Shown here: piece after piece, positions 63,871 to 64,000 of the stretch
Position numbering within the stretch: the stretch's first letter is position 1
How the letters are laid out: every line of letters starts with the position of its first letter
From: Octopus vulgaris
Taxonomy: Eukaryota
Length of the DNA stretch: 64,000 nt
Reading direction: 5' to 3'
Assembly (NCBI GenBank): GCA_951406725.2
Contig: OX597818.1
Span: 113,150,001 to 113,214,000, forward strand
Made by a program: the position numbers and the translations under genes
Notes under the pieces: generated by a model
What the model saw: only the letters and a program-made list of their open reading frames with translations
Told to the model about the DNA's origin: nothing
Database searches by the model: none

Positions 63871-64000
63871 TGCTCTTATATGTTTGTATATACTGAATTT
63901 AAAAAAAGAAAAAAATCTGCGCATATGATGCCACTCTATTTGTATCAAGGTGACATCATTACTTTAATAACACCAGCCTGCACGTGAAATTAACGTGCAA

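Noticed and set aside
1-64000. CRISPR arrays, rRNA, operons or other prokaryotic systems
   Set aside because: No regularly spaced repeat-spacer array, rRNA-like sequence or gene-dense coding DNA; the sequence is clearly eukaryotic repeat-rich DNA.

Overview
AT-rich, repeat-dense eukaryotic DNA, either intergenic or one large intron. The SINE families and microsatellite load suggest a coleoid cephalopod such as Octopus (inference). I found no intact host protein-coding exon; nearly all ORF-track entries are microsatellite or transposon noise. The window holds four ordinary tRNA-derived SINE families, a full-length decayed DD37D (maT) Tc1/mariner element, MITEs and a non-autonomous Helitron. 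It also holds relics of hAT, R4/Dong, L1/Tx1, CR1 and RTE elements and three Penelope-like element (PLE) coding relics. The main signal is three unrelated repeat families carrying minimal type I hammerhead-ribozyme (HHR) motifs with loopless palindromic stem III. One family (three loci: 1083-1542, 6709-6981, 63508-63870) fuses a tRNA-derived Pol III head to the HHR. At all three loci a minus copy is joined at its 5' side to an inverted piece of itself, making it a candidate PLE-mobilised 'ribozyme SINE'. A second notable structure is an apparently mismatch-free inverted duplication/foldback centred on a (TA)n tract (47725-50730). All family assignments come from manual translation and motif recognition, not database searches.
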